64,000 nt of DNA from Candidatus Thermofontivivens primus (GTDB lineage Bacteria; Sysuimicrobiota; Sysuimicrobiia; Sysuimicrobiales; Thermofontiviventaceae): NCBI GenBank assembly GCA_031458695.1, contig JAVKJW010000011.1:1-64000 (forward strand). Direction: 5' to 3'. The notes under the pieces were generated by a model. It searched no databases and was not told the origin of the DNA. It saw nothing but the letters and a program-made list of their open reading frames with translations. Positions 1-9,810 of this stretch are shown one piece after another (the stretch's first letter is position 1; every line of letters starts with the position of its first letter). The translations under genes were made by a program, and so were the position numbers.

Positions 1-149
1 CTTAGGAGGGAGGATACACCGCCTTCAGCAGAATTTCCACACCTTTTGAGTTTACCTCTCCGCCACGTGCGGACCAAGGCGACGGTCGGTGCCGATCAGG
101 TAATCAGCAGGCGCAGTGCCTCCTCGGGAGCTAGCCGTTATCTCTTCAC

Positions 150-1181
150 TCATTCCCTGCGGTGGGCAGCGGCAATGGCAGCGTCAATAGCCGCGTAGTT
201 GAGGGGAGGAGCAGCCCGTACGGCATCTGGACGCCCGGCCAGCCAGCGTACCGTTGCCTCCAGGGCCGCGGCCGGGGAGACCACGTCCGTATAACCCAAC
301 TCCGCCCGCAGCCGGGTCGTATCGAGCAGCAGGTGTGGGTAAATGTGATAGGGATCAATGCTATAGGGTAGCGCCTGCGACGGACGATGAGGGGGGAGCA
401 GGGCTTCCGGAAGGTCAATGACCTCCCAGCGGTGGTCGAGGATGGCTGCCACCGCATCGATGATCTGGCGCACGGTAAATTGGCCGGTATCTGCAACGTT
501 GTATACCCGTTCGCGTGCGGGCGGCTTCTCCACTGCCAGGGCCACAGCGTACGCCACGTTCTCTAGATACCCGCGGCTGAAGAGGGCCAACCCCCCGTTG
601 GGCGCGATGACCACGGGCCGTCGGTCGAGGACTTGGCGGACGTAGTACCACTCCCTGGGCGTGGTGTCCCCAGGTCCGTACAGCGCCGGATAGCGCAGGA
701 TGGTTAGACGCACGCCGCGAGAGGCCGTAGCGTGCCGTGCCGCCTCCTCCACTAGCACCTTGTCGTACCCAGTCTCCTGCCCATACAGAAAGCGGACGGT
801 GGCAAGAGGCGCATCCTCGGAAATGGGCAAAGGTTGAGTATAGGGGCGGTGGAACCACGCCGCCTCGTAGGCTGCGTAGACGTCATAGCTGCTGATCACC
901 ACGTAGTGCGCGATCCTGTCGCCTAGGTAGCGCATGACGACCTCGACATCCGTGTCGTTTGTGGCGATCATATCCACTACCGTCTCCACCTCCAGGCCCT
1001 CCACAGCCGCGGCGAAGGCCGCGGGATCCCGCCGGTCGGCGAGCACCTCCCGGACCTGAGGAGGCAGCGAGGTGCGATGGATGCCGCGGTGCAGACAAGT
1101 AACCCGATGGCCCGCTTGCGCTAGGATCCGCACCAAGTGCGGACCCGACCGTCTTGTCCCGCCGATCACCAGAATGTTCAT
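150..1181 (-). CDS. NAD-dependent epimerase/dehydratase (extended/atypical SDR)
   Basis: N-terminal ILVIGGTRRSG Rossmann motif, SSYDVY, LRYPALYGP; start overlaps the upstream stop (ATGA). Confidence 0.85.
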   Translation of the reverse strand: MNILVIGGTRRSGPHLVRILAQAGHRVTCLHRGIHRTSLPPQVREVLADRRDPAAFAAAVEGLEVETVVDMIATNDTDVEVVMRYLGDRIAHYVVISSYDVYAAYEAAWFHRPYTQPLPISEDAPLATVRFLYGQETGYDKVLVEEAARHATASRGVRLTILRYPALYGPGDTTPREWYYVRQVLDRRPVVIAPNGGLALFSRGYLENVAYAVALAVEKPPARERVYNVADTGQFTVRQIIDAVAAILDHRWEVIDLPEALLPPHRPSQALPYSIDPYHIYPHLLLDTTRLRAELGYTDVVSPAAALEATVRWLAGRPDAVRAAPPLNYAAIDAAIAAAHRRE

Positions 1182-2581
1182 CTGAGATCCGTGGCCAAGA
1201 GAGAGGTAAGCGCCCCGATGTGGGGCACTGCTTCCAGGTCACGCACGGCCTGCCGGAGGTGGTTGACGCGCTCCCGACTGAGCACCCGTCCCGCGAGTGC
1301 CGCAAACTTCTCCTCTACCTCCTCTACTGTCAGAGGATTCCCGGGGTCTCCCCGTGGAGATGTCACTTGTACAGTAAGGCGCCTCCCATCCCGCAGCACG
1401 ACTTCCACCTCTGCCGGCCAGGGAGGTTGGCTGAGGGACCGGTGCCGGTACAGCTCATCGTAGGCCGCAGTGGCCCGCACCCGCACCCTGGGCAGGAGGT
1501 TAGCGATCCGTGGGTCCTGCAGCTTGACCGCCCACGCCGTAGGTAGGTCCGCTTTCCCCTCCACCAGGGCTACAGCCACCTGGTAGGGGTGGCTGAAGAT
1601 GGCGTTGACGTGGGAACGGATGTCATAACAGGTCCGGGCGGCGGATGAGCTGTTAGTGGTGACGGTGACACTCTCCACCTCTGCGGGGTCTATCCCTTGT
1701 GCGTGCAGCCGCAGCGCTGCCTCGATGGAGGCGTGCAGGTACCGGCAAGCCGGATAGGGCTTCAGATAGCACTCCGTTACCCGCCACCTCCTCCCCAGAT
1801 CGGTCATTCCCTCCGGGGGGAGGTCCGCCCCCACGAGGCGCAGCAGGCCCCGTTCGCCTTCCAGGATGTCCACAGAGCCCAGGATACCCTGCTGAGCCAG
1901 TAGCGCGGAGATGACCGCCCGCCTGACCTCGTGCCCGGGACAGAGGTCTTTCTCCTGGCCTCCGCTGTGCACATACTGGGCCCCGGCCAGCTGGAAGGAT
2001 GCAGCCAAGCCTAAGGCCCCAGCCACTTGGTCCGTAGAGAGGTGCAGGAGGCGACCTGCTGCTGCTGCGCCAGCCAGGGGACCAACGACGACGAAGTAGG
2101 GCAGGCGCGCCGAGGCGGGTTCAACTGCCGCAAACAGTGTAGCCGCCAGGTGGATATACACCTCGTAGCCTATGAGGAGGGCCGCCAGCACCTCCTGGCC
2201 GGAGGCGTTGCTGCGCTCGCCCACTGCCAGACAAACGGGCACCAGCCGGTCGTTAATGTGTCCGCCCATGAAGTGCCCGTCGCTGAAGTCCAGAAAGTTT
2301 GCCAGCACAGCGTTGGCCATGGCCGCATCCGCGCAGGCCACTTTCTCCCCAGTACCCACCAAGGTGGCCTCGGCGTGGCCACCGGCCTCGCGGGCGAGCC
2401 GGAGCACTCCTTCCACCACTGGATGTCGCGTGGCGTATGCCCCTAGCATGTTGCCGAGTGCATCCAGCAGGTGCAGCTTCACCTGTTCGACTGCCTCAGG
2501 GGGGAAGCTGTCTGCCCTGGTCTGGGTAACGAACTCCGCCACTTGGCGGGTCAATTCGGGCACCGCGGAGACCTCGCTCAC
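1178..2581 (-). CDS. MmgE/PrpD family protein
   Basis: LLDALG, ANAVLANFLDFSDGH, KPYPACRYLH, PRGDPGNP motifs; GTG start at 2581 overlaps the dipeptidase stop and follows GGAGG. Confidence 0.9.
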   Translation of the reverse strand: MSEVSAVPELTRQVAEFVTQTRADSFPPEAVEQVKLHLLDALGNMLGAYATRHPVVEGVLRLAREAGGHAEATLVGTGEKVACADAAMANAVLANFLDFSDGHFMGGHINDRLVPVCLAVGERSNASGQEVLAALLIGYEVYIHLAATLFAAVEPASARLPYFVVVGPLAGAAAAGRLLHLSTDQVAGALGLAASFQLAGAQYVHSGGQEKDLCPGHEVRRAVISALLAQQGILGSVDILEGERGLLRLVGADLPPEGMTDLGRRWRVTECYLKPYPACRYLHASIEAALRLHAQGIDPAEVESVTVTTNSSSAARTCYDIRSHVNAIFSHPYQVAVALVEGKADLPTAWAVKLQDPRIANLLPRVRVRATAAYDELYRHRSLSQPPWPAEVEVVLRDGRRLTVQVTSPRGDPGNPLTVEEVEEKFAALAGRVLSRERVNHLRQAVRDLEAVPHIGALTSLLATDLR

Positions 2582-3648
2582 CCAACCACCTCCTCGATCA
2601 ACCGCAGGGCGTTGCCTCCGACAATTTTCTCGATCTGCTCGTCCTGGTATCCCCGGGCCACCAAGCCGCGGACGATGTTCTTCCACTCAAGGGGTGATTC
2701 GATTCCGTACATGAAGTTGGCCGTCAGGGTGATCCCCAAACGCTTGAACTCCTCGGGCCGCTCTGCTTGCAGCTTGCGATGCATCGCCACTTGGTCATGG
2801 AAAGTGTTGTCCAGGCCGATGGCCACGTGATCCACGCCCACCAATCGGACCACGTAATCCACATGGTCCAGCAAGTCGTTGATCCCTTGCTCCGGCCTGC
2901 TTGAGAGCACGTTGGGGATGGCACAGATGCCCACCAGGCCACCTTTGGCGGCCACGGCACGGATCTGCTCGTCGGTGATCAGGCGGGCACACTGTGGGTT
3001 GAGAGCACGGGCGCCGGTGTGGTTAAACAGAACCGGTGCCTCAGAGATAGCGATGGCCTCTAGGGATGTCTTGATCCCACAATGCGACAGGTCGATGAGC
3101 ACACCCGCCGCATTCAACCTCCGTACTAGCTCCTGGCCGAAGCGACTCAGACCGGCATCTGTCTCCTCCCCGCAGCCGTCGCCGACGAAGTTGCGAGTGT
3201 TAAACGTAAGCAGCATCATGCGCACGCCCATGCCGTAAAAGAGTTCCACCCGCTCCAGGTTGCGCCCCACGGCCTGTGGCTCCAGCTGGAACATCACGGC
3301 CTGCCTGCCGGTCCGCTTCGCCTGGCGCAAGTCCTCAGCTCGGGTAGCCACCACCATGCCAGGCTGACGCGCCACCAGGCTCTGGTAGCGGGCCAGAAGC
3401 TCCACCGCCTCGGGAAACTCCTCGGAGAGCACCGGTACTGCTTCGAAGAAGCAGGTGACTCCGGTCTGGCGTACCAGGTCATAGTCGAAGTGGAACTGCA
3501 ATGACCCGAAGATGTGGGTGTGCAGGTCCACGGTAATCAGGTTTTGGAAGAGACGCTCGGCCCGCTCGTGTTCCTCCGGGGGAAGCTTGATCAACCGTTC
3601 CTCCAGGGGAATCCGCAGGTACTCCTCGCGTGTCATCATGGGCGGCAC
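2578..3648 (-). CDS. Membrane dipeptidase-like amidohydrolase (peptidase M19)
   Basis: GLSRFGQELVRRLN, IDLSH, NHT, GVDHVAIGLD, KIVGGNALR; AAGGAGG RBS. Confidence 0.88.
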   Translation of the reverse strand: MPPMMTREEYLRIPLEERLIKLPPEEHERAERLFQNLITVDLHTHIFGSLQFHFDYDLVRQTGVTCFFEAVPVLSEEFPEAVELLARYQSLVARQPGMVVATRAEDLRQAKRTGRQAVMFQLEPQAVGRNLERVELFYGMGVRMMLLTFNTRNFVGDGCGEETDAGLSRFGQELVRRLNAAGVLIDLSHCGIKTSLEAIAISEAPVLFNHTGARALNPQCARLITDEQIRAVAAKGGLVGICAIPNVLSSRPEQGINDLLDHVDYVVRLVGVDHVAIGLDNTFHDQVAMHRKLQAERPEEFKRLGITLTANFMYGIESPLEWKNIVRGLVARGYQDEQIEKIVGGNALRLIEEVVG

Positions 3649-3671
3649 CCCTCCTTTTTATGTTTTAATAT

Positions 3672-4619
3672 TCAGAGCTCCAGCCTGCCGTCACGCACAA
3701 TCACCCTCGTGTCTAGCCGCACCGTGGGCTCCCGCATGGTGGCATCCCGGTGGGTCCCCTCTGTGACCTCCCCGCCCAGGTGGGTGTTTTGCCCGAAGCC
3801 TACGTGGGCTGAGCCAGCTACCCTCTCATCTTCCACTAGGCGGCCACAATACTGGGCGAAGGGGTTTGTGCCGATGCCTAACTCGGCCACCACCCTGGCG
3901 CCCGGCGGTTCTGCACCCCATTGCGCCTCGAGCCAGCGGCCGGTCTCCCCTCCGGAAATGGCAGTCACCCGTCCGGCTTCGACCGTGAGCACCGCTGGTT
4001 CTTCGACCAACCCCAGACCCTCGATGCTGCCGTCCAGCACAAGCCGCCCCTCGACCGACCCCGGGACTGGGGTGACGGCCACTACGCCCGCGGGCAGCGC
4101 AGAGGCAGTACCCGAGCGGATGGCGATCCCATCCAGGGAAACCACCCGGCGACCCTCGATGCGGGCGTGGATGTCGGTGCCCGCAGGAGTTGTGACGGTC
4201 ATGGTCCTCGCCGCGGCGAACGCATCGGCCGCGGAGCGCGTCACCTCTGCCAAGCGGGTGTAGTCTACCTGCGCTGCCCGCAACAGCATGGCGTCGGTCA
4301 CTCCGCACAAGGAGAGCAGGCGTGCTCCCGCCGCCAGCGCCTGCCGCCGCAGCTCATGTGGGAAGATCCAAGGTGTGCACACCAGGATCGCGTCGGCCCC
4401 TTCCAGCGCCGCGCGTACTGCACGCGGGACCTCCACCACGCTCTTCACAGGCGACATTGCCACGACTACGGGCACACCGCCCGCTTCCTGCACTGCCTGG
4501 ACGAACCCAGCGTGCAGGTCCAGTGTTTCTTGATGGTCACGTAAGATAAGGACCACCTCCCCGAGCCGGATGCCCAGGCAATCCGCCACCACTTTGACGC
4601 AGGCTTCCTTAACCGTCAT
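3672..4619 (-). CDS. Aminopeptidase T / M29-like metalloprotein
   Basis: TTPAGTD, AELGIGTNP, EDERVAGSAHVGFG, THRD motifs; start uncertain (4619 or 4637). Confidence 0.8.
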   Translation of the reverse strand: MTVKEACVKVVADCLGIRLGEVVLILRDHQETLDLHAGFVQAVQEAGGVPVVVAMSPVKSVVEVPRAVRAALEGADAILVCTPWIFPHELRRQALAAGARLLSLCGVTDAMLLRAAQVDYTRLAEVTRSAADAFAAARTMTVTTPAGTDIHARIEGRRVVSLDGIAIRSGTASALPAGVVAVTPVPGSVEGRLVLDGSIEGLGLVEEPAVLTVEAGRVTAISGGETGRWLEAQWGAEPPGARVVAELGIGTNPFAQYCGRLVEDERVAGSAHVGFGQNTHLGGEVTEGTHRDATMREPTVRLDTRVIVRDGRLEL

Positions 4620-4639
4620 CTCGAGTTTGCATAGCACAG

Positions 4640-5189
4640 AGCCATGTGCTCATTCACCCCATGAGCCTGTGCGGTTTCCTCAGGACCGAAGCGACAGACC
4701 TTCGTGATGTCCAACTCGCTCCCTCCAGTCCACGATATTACCCAAGGAGCCTCCGGCGGGTATAATCGCCATCGGCGCGGCTAGTAACGCCACCAACAAC
4801 ACCGAATCCAGCCGTGCTTGCTTCAGTGCCCACCCCCACTATCATCGACACCAAGCTAACTTGCAGCCCGCCGCGCCCTGCCCGAAGAGCATGCTGTCAA
4901 ACACCTCAGTAGGGAAGGGATCACGGCGGTAGATGAGCAGGTCGTAGACGAGCACGAGGTCGGTGTTTGCTGAAAAGAGCACACCCCACTCTGTGTGCTC
5001 GCCGTCCCCTATGGCCAGGACGTTAGGCCGCTCCCACCCCTGGCAAGCATCTTCAGCGACCTCTATCTGTAGTCCTTGGGCGCACCTCTCCCCGCGGACG
5101 TAGGCCGCGATGAAACCAAGACAGCCCGGTGGATTGGCTCTGGGGATCTCTTCGTCGAAGCAGGCAAGGACGCGGTCAGTAGACTGCAT
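4640..5189 (-). pseudogene. Internally deleted, degenerate M20 peptidase paralog
   Basis: 5' part (GWERPNVLA...SANTD...RDPF...LFGQGAAGCK) and 3' part (GSLGNIVDWRERVG...FGPEETAQAHGVNEH) match the N- and C-termini of the adjacent M20 gene; frameshifts and stops present. Confidence 0.8.
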
Positions 5190-5201
5190 CGCTTGTCCTC
5201 C

Positions 5202-6398
5202 TCAGGCTACACCGCAGTAGGCAACGACGGCCGCGGCGTAAATGCGCGCGGCCGCGACCAGGTCGGCTACAGCCACGTGCTCGTTGATGGCATGTGCTTG
5301 AGACGTCTTCCCTGGACCAAACAGGCAGGCCTCTCGCAATCCGACGAGGTCCTTCCAGTCGGCGATGTCCCCAAAGGACAGCGCCCCGCCCAGGGCCAGC
5401 TCGCGCCCCACGATCGATCCCGCCTTGCGCAGTGCTGCCACCAGCGGCCCGCTATCAGGAAAAGCGATGGGCTCACGGCGCTCAGTCACCGTCACCTCCC
5501 GCAGCAGGAAGGTCGGGTCGGTGCGTAGGGCTTCCAGGGCGGCATGCACCTCCCTCTCGATGTCACGAGTGCTGCGCGGAGGGCTGAAGCGGATGTCGAA
5601 TGTCAGGCGGCAGCGGTCGGGGACGATGTTAGGTTGAACGCCTCCCTCGATGGTCCCCACGTTGATGGTGTCCCGCCCGAGGACCGGATGCTCGCGAACC
5701 TCGATCCGGTAGACGGCGTCGATGACCTTCACTGCGTTGAGAATGGCGTTGATGCCCTTGCCCGTGGCGGAGTGGGTAGATTCTCCTCCCACCTCGATGT
5801 ACAACCAGACCCGTCCACGACTAGTGCAGCAGATATGCAGGTCATAGGGCTCACCGAAGATGCCGGCATCGGCTCGCACCCTGCCCGCCTCTGCTAGGTA
5901 AGCTAGGCCGTTGAACCAGCGCGCCTCTAGGGGCCGCCACTCGTCCCCTGCCCAAGCGGCAAACACTACTTTCCCAGCCAAGGACACCTTTGATCGGACG
6001 ATGGCCCGCAGCGCTGCCATCATTGCTCCCAGGCTCGCTTTGGTGTCGGCTGCTCCCCGACCGTAGAGCAGTCCATCCTCGACGACGGCGGCAAATGGGG
6101 GATGGCGCCACTGGGTTAGGTCGCCGGGAGGCACGACATCTGTGTGCGCGGCAAGCAGCAGGACTGGCGAGCCCTCACCCACAACCGCCAGCACGTTGGG
6201 CCTGGACCAGCCGTCGCCGCTGTCACCTTCCACTATGGGAGACAAACCATAGCTGGCTAGCTCCCGGGATACCACATCAGCAATCTCCACAAGTTGCAGC
6301 GGGGGGGCGATGCTGGGGATCTGGATCAGCCGGCGGGTCAGGTCCAGAGTGTAGTCGTCGTCCACCTGCTCAAGGACATGCCGAATCACGTCTTCCAT
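5202..6398 (-). CDS. M20 family metallo-hydrolase (ArgE/DapE-like)
   Basis: AAHTDVVP, LYGRGAADTK, GEP, NVGTIEGG, AHAINEH; ATG 6398 follows GGAGGG. Confidence 0.9.
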   Translation of the reverse strand: MEDVIRHVLEQVDDDYTLDLTRRLIQIPSIAPPLQLVEIADVVSRELASYGLSPIVEGDSGDGWSRPNVLAVVGEGSPVLLLAAHTDVVPPGDLTQWRHPPFAAVVEDGLLYGRGAADTKASLGAMMAALRAIVRSKVSLAGKVVFAAWAGDEWRPLEARWFNGLAYLAEAGRVRADAGIFGEPYDLHICCTSRGRVWLYIEVGGESTHSATGKGINAILNAVKVIDAVYRIEVREHPVLGRDTINVGTIEGGVQPNIVPDRCRLTFDIRFSPPRSTRDIEREVHAALEALRTDPTFLLREVTVTERREPIAFPDSGPLVAALRKAGSIVGRELALGGALSFGDIADWKDLVGLREACLFGPGKTSQAHAINEHVAVADLVAAARIYAAAVVAYCGVA

Positions 6399-6409
6399 CT
6401 CAATCCCTC

Positions 6410-7279
6410 CTATAAACCCAGGCGCGCGGCCATGCGAGGGTCTAACGCGTCCCGCAGGCCGTCCCCTAAAAGGTTGAAGCCCAGAACCGTGAGGAAAATG
6501 GCTAGTCCTGGAAAGACCGTGAGGTGGGGGGCCACCCGCAGGTAAAGCCGACCCTTGCTCAGCATCGCCCCCCACTCCGGGGTTGGGGGCTGTGCCCCCA
6601 GCCCCAGGAAGCCCAAGGCCGCTGCGGAGAGGATCGACGAGGCCACCTGTAGCGTAGACTGGACGATGAGGGGAGAGAGACAGTTAGGCAGAATATGCCG
6701 CAGGAGAATGCGGGAGTCATGTGCGCCCAGGGCACGGGCGGCTTCCACGTACTGCTGCTCCCGGATGGCCAGCACAAGCCCCCGGACCAAGCGCGCGTAC
6801 ACCGGCATCTGGGCGATTCCGATGGCAATCATGGCGTTGTATAGGCTAGGGCCCATCACCGCGACGATGGAGATGGCCAGTAGCACCGGGGGGAAGGAAA
6901 GGAGTACGTCTACGAAGCGCATGCACAGAAGATCCGCCCATCCCCCTCGGTAGGCACCCAGCGCGCCCAGCACAGTGCCCGGAAGCAGGCCGATACTCAC
7001 AGAGACGAATCCCAAAGTAAGGGAGATACGTGCACCGTATAGGATGCGGCTGAGCATGTCTCGCCCCAACTCGTCGGTGCCCAAGGGGTGGGCGCGCGAG
7101 GGGGGTTGCAGCATCCGGTTCAGGTCAGCAGCTAGGGGTGGGTAGGGACTGATGACCCCCGCGAAGGCGGTAGCGAGCCCCAGGAAGATGAGAATGACCA
7201 GCCCCGCTTTGGCCGCGCGGTTGCGCAGGAAAGTGCGCAGCGCCCGATGCTGCGCCCACCTGGACCGTGGAGCCGTCAC
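6410..7279 (-). CDS. dppC: Peptide/nickel ABC transporter permease (DppC/OppC type)
   Basis: HPLGTDELGRD, YVEAARALGA (EAA loop), PPTPEWG, NLLGDGLRDALDP; start approximate. Confidence 0.9.
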   Translation of the reverse strand: MTAPRSRWAQHRALRTFLRNRAAKAGLVILIFLGLATAFAGVISPYPPLAADLNRMLQPPSRAHPLGTDELGRDMLSRILYGARISLTLGFVSVSIGLLPGTVLGALGAYRGGWADLLCMRFVDVLLSFPPVLLAISIVAVMGPSLYNAMIAIGIAQMPVYARLVRGLVLAIREQQYVEAARALGAHDSRILLRHILPNCLSPLIVQSTLQVASSILSAAALGFLGLGAQPPTPEWGAMLSKGRLYLRVAPHLTVFPGLAIFLTVLGFNLLGDGLRDALDPRMAARLGL

Positions 7280-7316
7280 GCTTAGCGCTGGCGTCCGAGG
7301 TCCCTTCTCAGGCGAT

Positions 7317-8237
7317 TTATTCGTAGCGGATGCGAGGGTCGAGGAAGGCATAGAGCACGTCCACCAACAGATTGATGAAGGCAAAGGTGGTAGCAAAGAG
7401 GAGAACACTGGCCTGGACGACGGGGTAGTCGCGCATCAGGATGGCATCCACCAGGAGCCGCCCCATCCCCGGCCAGGCGAAGACAGTCTCCACCACCACC
7501 GAGCCGCCCAGCAACGTGCCGAATTGCAGGCCCACGATGGTCACCACAGGGATGAGAGCGTTCTTCAGTGCGTGTCGGTAGGTGACGGCGATTTCGTCCA
7601 GCCCCTTGGAGCGAGCGGTTCGGATGTAGTCCTGGGCCAGAACCTCCAGCATGCTAGAACGCGTCTGTCGGGCAATGATCCCCGCGGCCACCAGGCCCAG
7701 GGTGACCGCGGGGAGTATCAGGTGGCGCGGCGTCCCCATTCCGCTGATCGGCAACCACCCCAGGACGACCCCAAACAGGTAGATGAGCATCAGGCCCGAC
7801 CAGAAGGCCGGCGTGGAGACCCCTACCAACGCCAGGACCATGACAACATTGTCCCACAAGGAGTAAGGGCGCCGCGCGGAGACGATACCCGCCGTCCCCC
7901 CAACGGCCACAGCCACGGCCATACTGGCGGCAGCAAGGAGGAGGGTAGCCGGGTACCTCTCGGCAATCTCGGCGGCCACTGGGACCCCGGAGGCTACCGA
8001 TCGGCCCAGGTCACCGCGCAACAAGTTGCCCAGGAAGACAACGTACTGCACGGGCAGGGGACGGTCTAGCCCCCAGGCATGGCGGACCAGAGCAATATCC
8101 TCGGCGGTGGCCCACTGGCTAGCTAGCAGCTCCGCCGGGTCGCCGGGGATCAGCCGGATGAGCACGAAGACGATCATGGATACTCCCAGCAACATGGGAA
8201 CCATGATCATCACTCGCCAAGCTAGGTAGCGGTGCAT
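7317..8237 (-). CDS. dppB: Peptide/nickel ABC transporter permease (DppB/OppB type)
   Basis: PGDPA, GDLGRS, DYIRTARSKGL, ETVFAWPGMG, LDPRIRY. Confidence 0.93.
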   Translation of the reverse strand: MHRYLAWRVMIMVPMLLGVSMIVFVLIRLIPGDPAELLASQWATAEDIALVRHAWGLDRPLPVQYVVFLGNLLRGDLGRSVASGVPVAAEIAERYPATLLLAAASMAVAVAVGGTAGIVSARRPYSLWDNVVMVLALVGVSTPAFWSGLMLIYLFGVVLGWLPISGMGTPRHLILPAVTLGLVAAGIIARQTRSSMLEVLAQDYIRTARSKGLDEIAVTYRHALKNALIPVVTIVGLQFGTLLGGSVVVETVFAWPGMGRLLVDAILMRDYPVVQASVLLFATTFAFINLLVDVLYAFLDPRIRYE

Positions 8238-8244
8238 AGTGGTC

Positions 8245-9810
8245 TTATCGGTCTAGCCAAGTCTTGTGTAGCTGATCCACCATCTCTGTCACGGAAATGG
8301 TAAAGTTCTTCACATCCTTCTTTTTCGCGTGGATCTGGGGTTCTGTATACAGGAAGATCTGAGGTGCATCCTCCATGATGATCTCCTGAATTTTCTTCAG
8401 AGCATATAGCCGTTTCTCAGGGTCTGTGAAGTAGCGCTGAGCAACAATAAGCCGGGTCAGGTCGGGTCTAGCATAAAACATGTTGTTAAGGCCTTTCGGA
8501 GCCCATGATTCTTCTGTATAATCCTTAACAGCGAGGTCTGCATCCAGCGTGGGCAAGCCCCACCCAATAAAGAACATTTGAATAGGGCTCTCCTCAGGGC
8601 CTTTCCGAAGCACCGCCTGGTAGGCTCCCCACTCCATGCGGATGATCTTAACACGAACACCCACAGCGGCCAAGTAGGACTGAACTGCTTCCACAACCTC
8701 CGTGTCCATCAGATACCGGCCTGGAGCAAAGTGTAGCGTCGCTTCAAATCCGTTTGGATATCCCGCTTCCGCCAGGAGCTCTTTTGCCTTCTTGGGATTA
8801 TATTCGTACACCTTGATAGGAAAGTAGCCATACCCTGTATGCGGCACCGGCGAGTCGGTAATCTTCGCTAGGCCGAGGAAGATTTTATCTACAATCGCTT
8901 TCTTATCCACAGCGTAGTTCAAGGCCTGCCGAACACGTTTGTCCTTGAATGGTCCCCACAGCACATTCATGCCTATGAAAATCTTTCGCTGCGGTGGTGG
9001 CGTAAGAACCTCGAACTTCGGGTTTTTCTTTAGGCGTTCGGCGTCGCGTGGGGGAACATGATAGGCCACATCTACTTCACCTGCTTCCAGTGCCATGACC
9101 CGCGCTGCTGTCTCAGGAATTGGCCTCATGATTACAGCATCAAGGTAAGGTGAACCGCCCCAGTATTCCTTATTGGACTCTAGCCGTACTTCTCGCCCCT
9201 TGATATGGTGAACGAATTTGAATGGACCGGTTCCCATAGGAGCCGTATAGTACTTATCACCTAACTTCCTCACCTGGGTGGGACTATTCATGCATAGAGG
9301 TGCGTAGGCAAGTTGAGCAGGAAGCGGGGAAAAACGACCCGCCGTAATAATATTTACTGTATACTCATCTATCGGCACAACCTTCTCGATCATCGTAAAG
9401 GCTGGGCGGGCTGGACCTCTCGTTGCAGGATCCAACAGCCGCTCAACATTGAACTTTACAGCCTCTGCGTTAAACGGTGTACCATCATGGAACTTTACTC
9501 CTCGCCGCAGCTTGAAGGTCCAGGTCTTCCCATCGGCCCCCACGGACCATGATTCTGCCAAGTGGGGAAGTACGCCCCCACCTTTCGGATCTATCCGTGT
9601 GAGCGTTTCGGTCACGAGGAGGATGATCCCTAGGTTAGGAATACCTGTGGCGAGGTTACAATCGAAAATGGGAATATCCGTTCCTAGGGAGATCACAAGT
9701 GTGCCACCACGCTTTGGAGGCGCTGCCTCGCCCACGCGTCCAACCGACATCAAAGCAATCGCCATGAGGAAAGCAATTGTCAATGCCGAAACACGATAGA
9801 TGACCTTCAT
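8245..9810 (-). CDS. ABC substrate-binding protein, family 5 (peptide/nickel)
   Basis: Signal peptide; LAESW...WTFKLRRGVKFHDG; GTGPF; VRQALNYAVD. Confidence 0.92.
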   Translation of the reverse strand: MKVIYRVSALTIAFLMAIALMSVGRVGEAAPPKRGGTLVISLGTDIPIFDCNLATGIPNLGIILLVTETLTRIDPKGGGVLPHLAESWSVGADGKTWTFKLRRGVKFHDGTPFNAEAVKFNVERLLDPATRGPARPAFTMIEKVVPIDEYTVNIITAGRFSPLPAQLAYAPLCMNSPTQVRKLGDKYYTAPMGTGPFKFVHHIKGREVRLESNKEYWGGSPYLDAVIMRPIPETAARVMALEAGEVDVAYHVPPRDAERLKKNPKFEVLTPPPQRKIFIGMNVLWGPFKDKRVRQALNYAVDKKAIVDKIFLGLAKITDSPVPHTGYGYFPIKVYEYNPKKAKELLAEAGYPNGFEATLHFAPGRYLMDTEVVEAVQSYLAAVGVRVKIIRMEWGAYQAVLRKGPEESPIQMFFIGWGLPTLDADLAVKDYTEESWAPKGLNNMFYARPDLTRLIVAQRYFTDPEKRLYALKKIQEIIMEDAPQIFLYTEPQIHAKKKDVKNFTISVTEMVDQLHKTWLDR

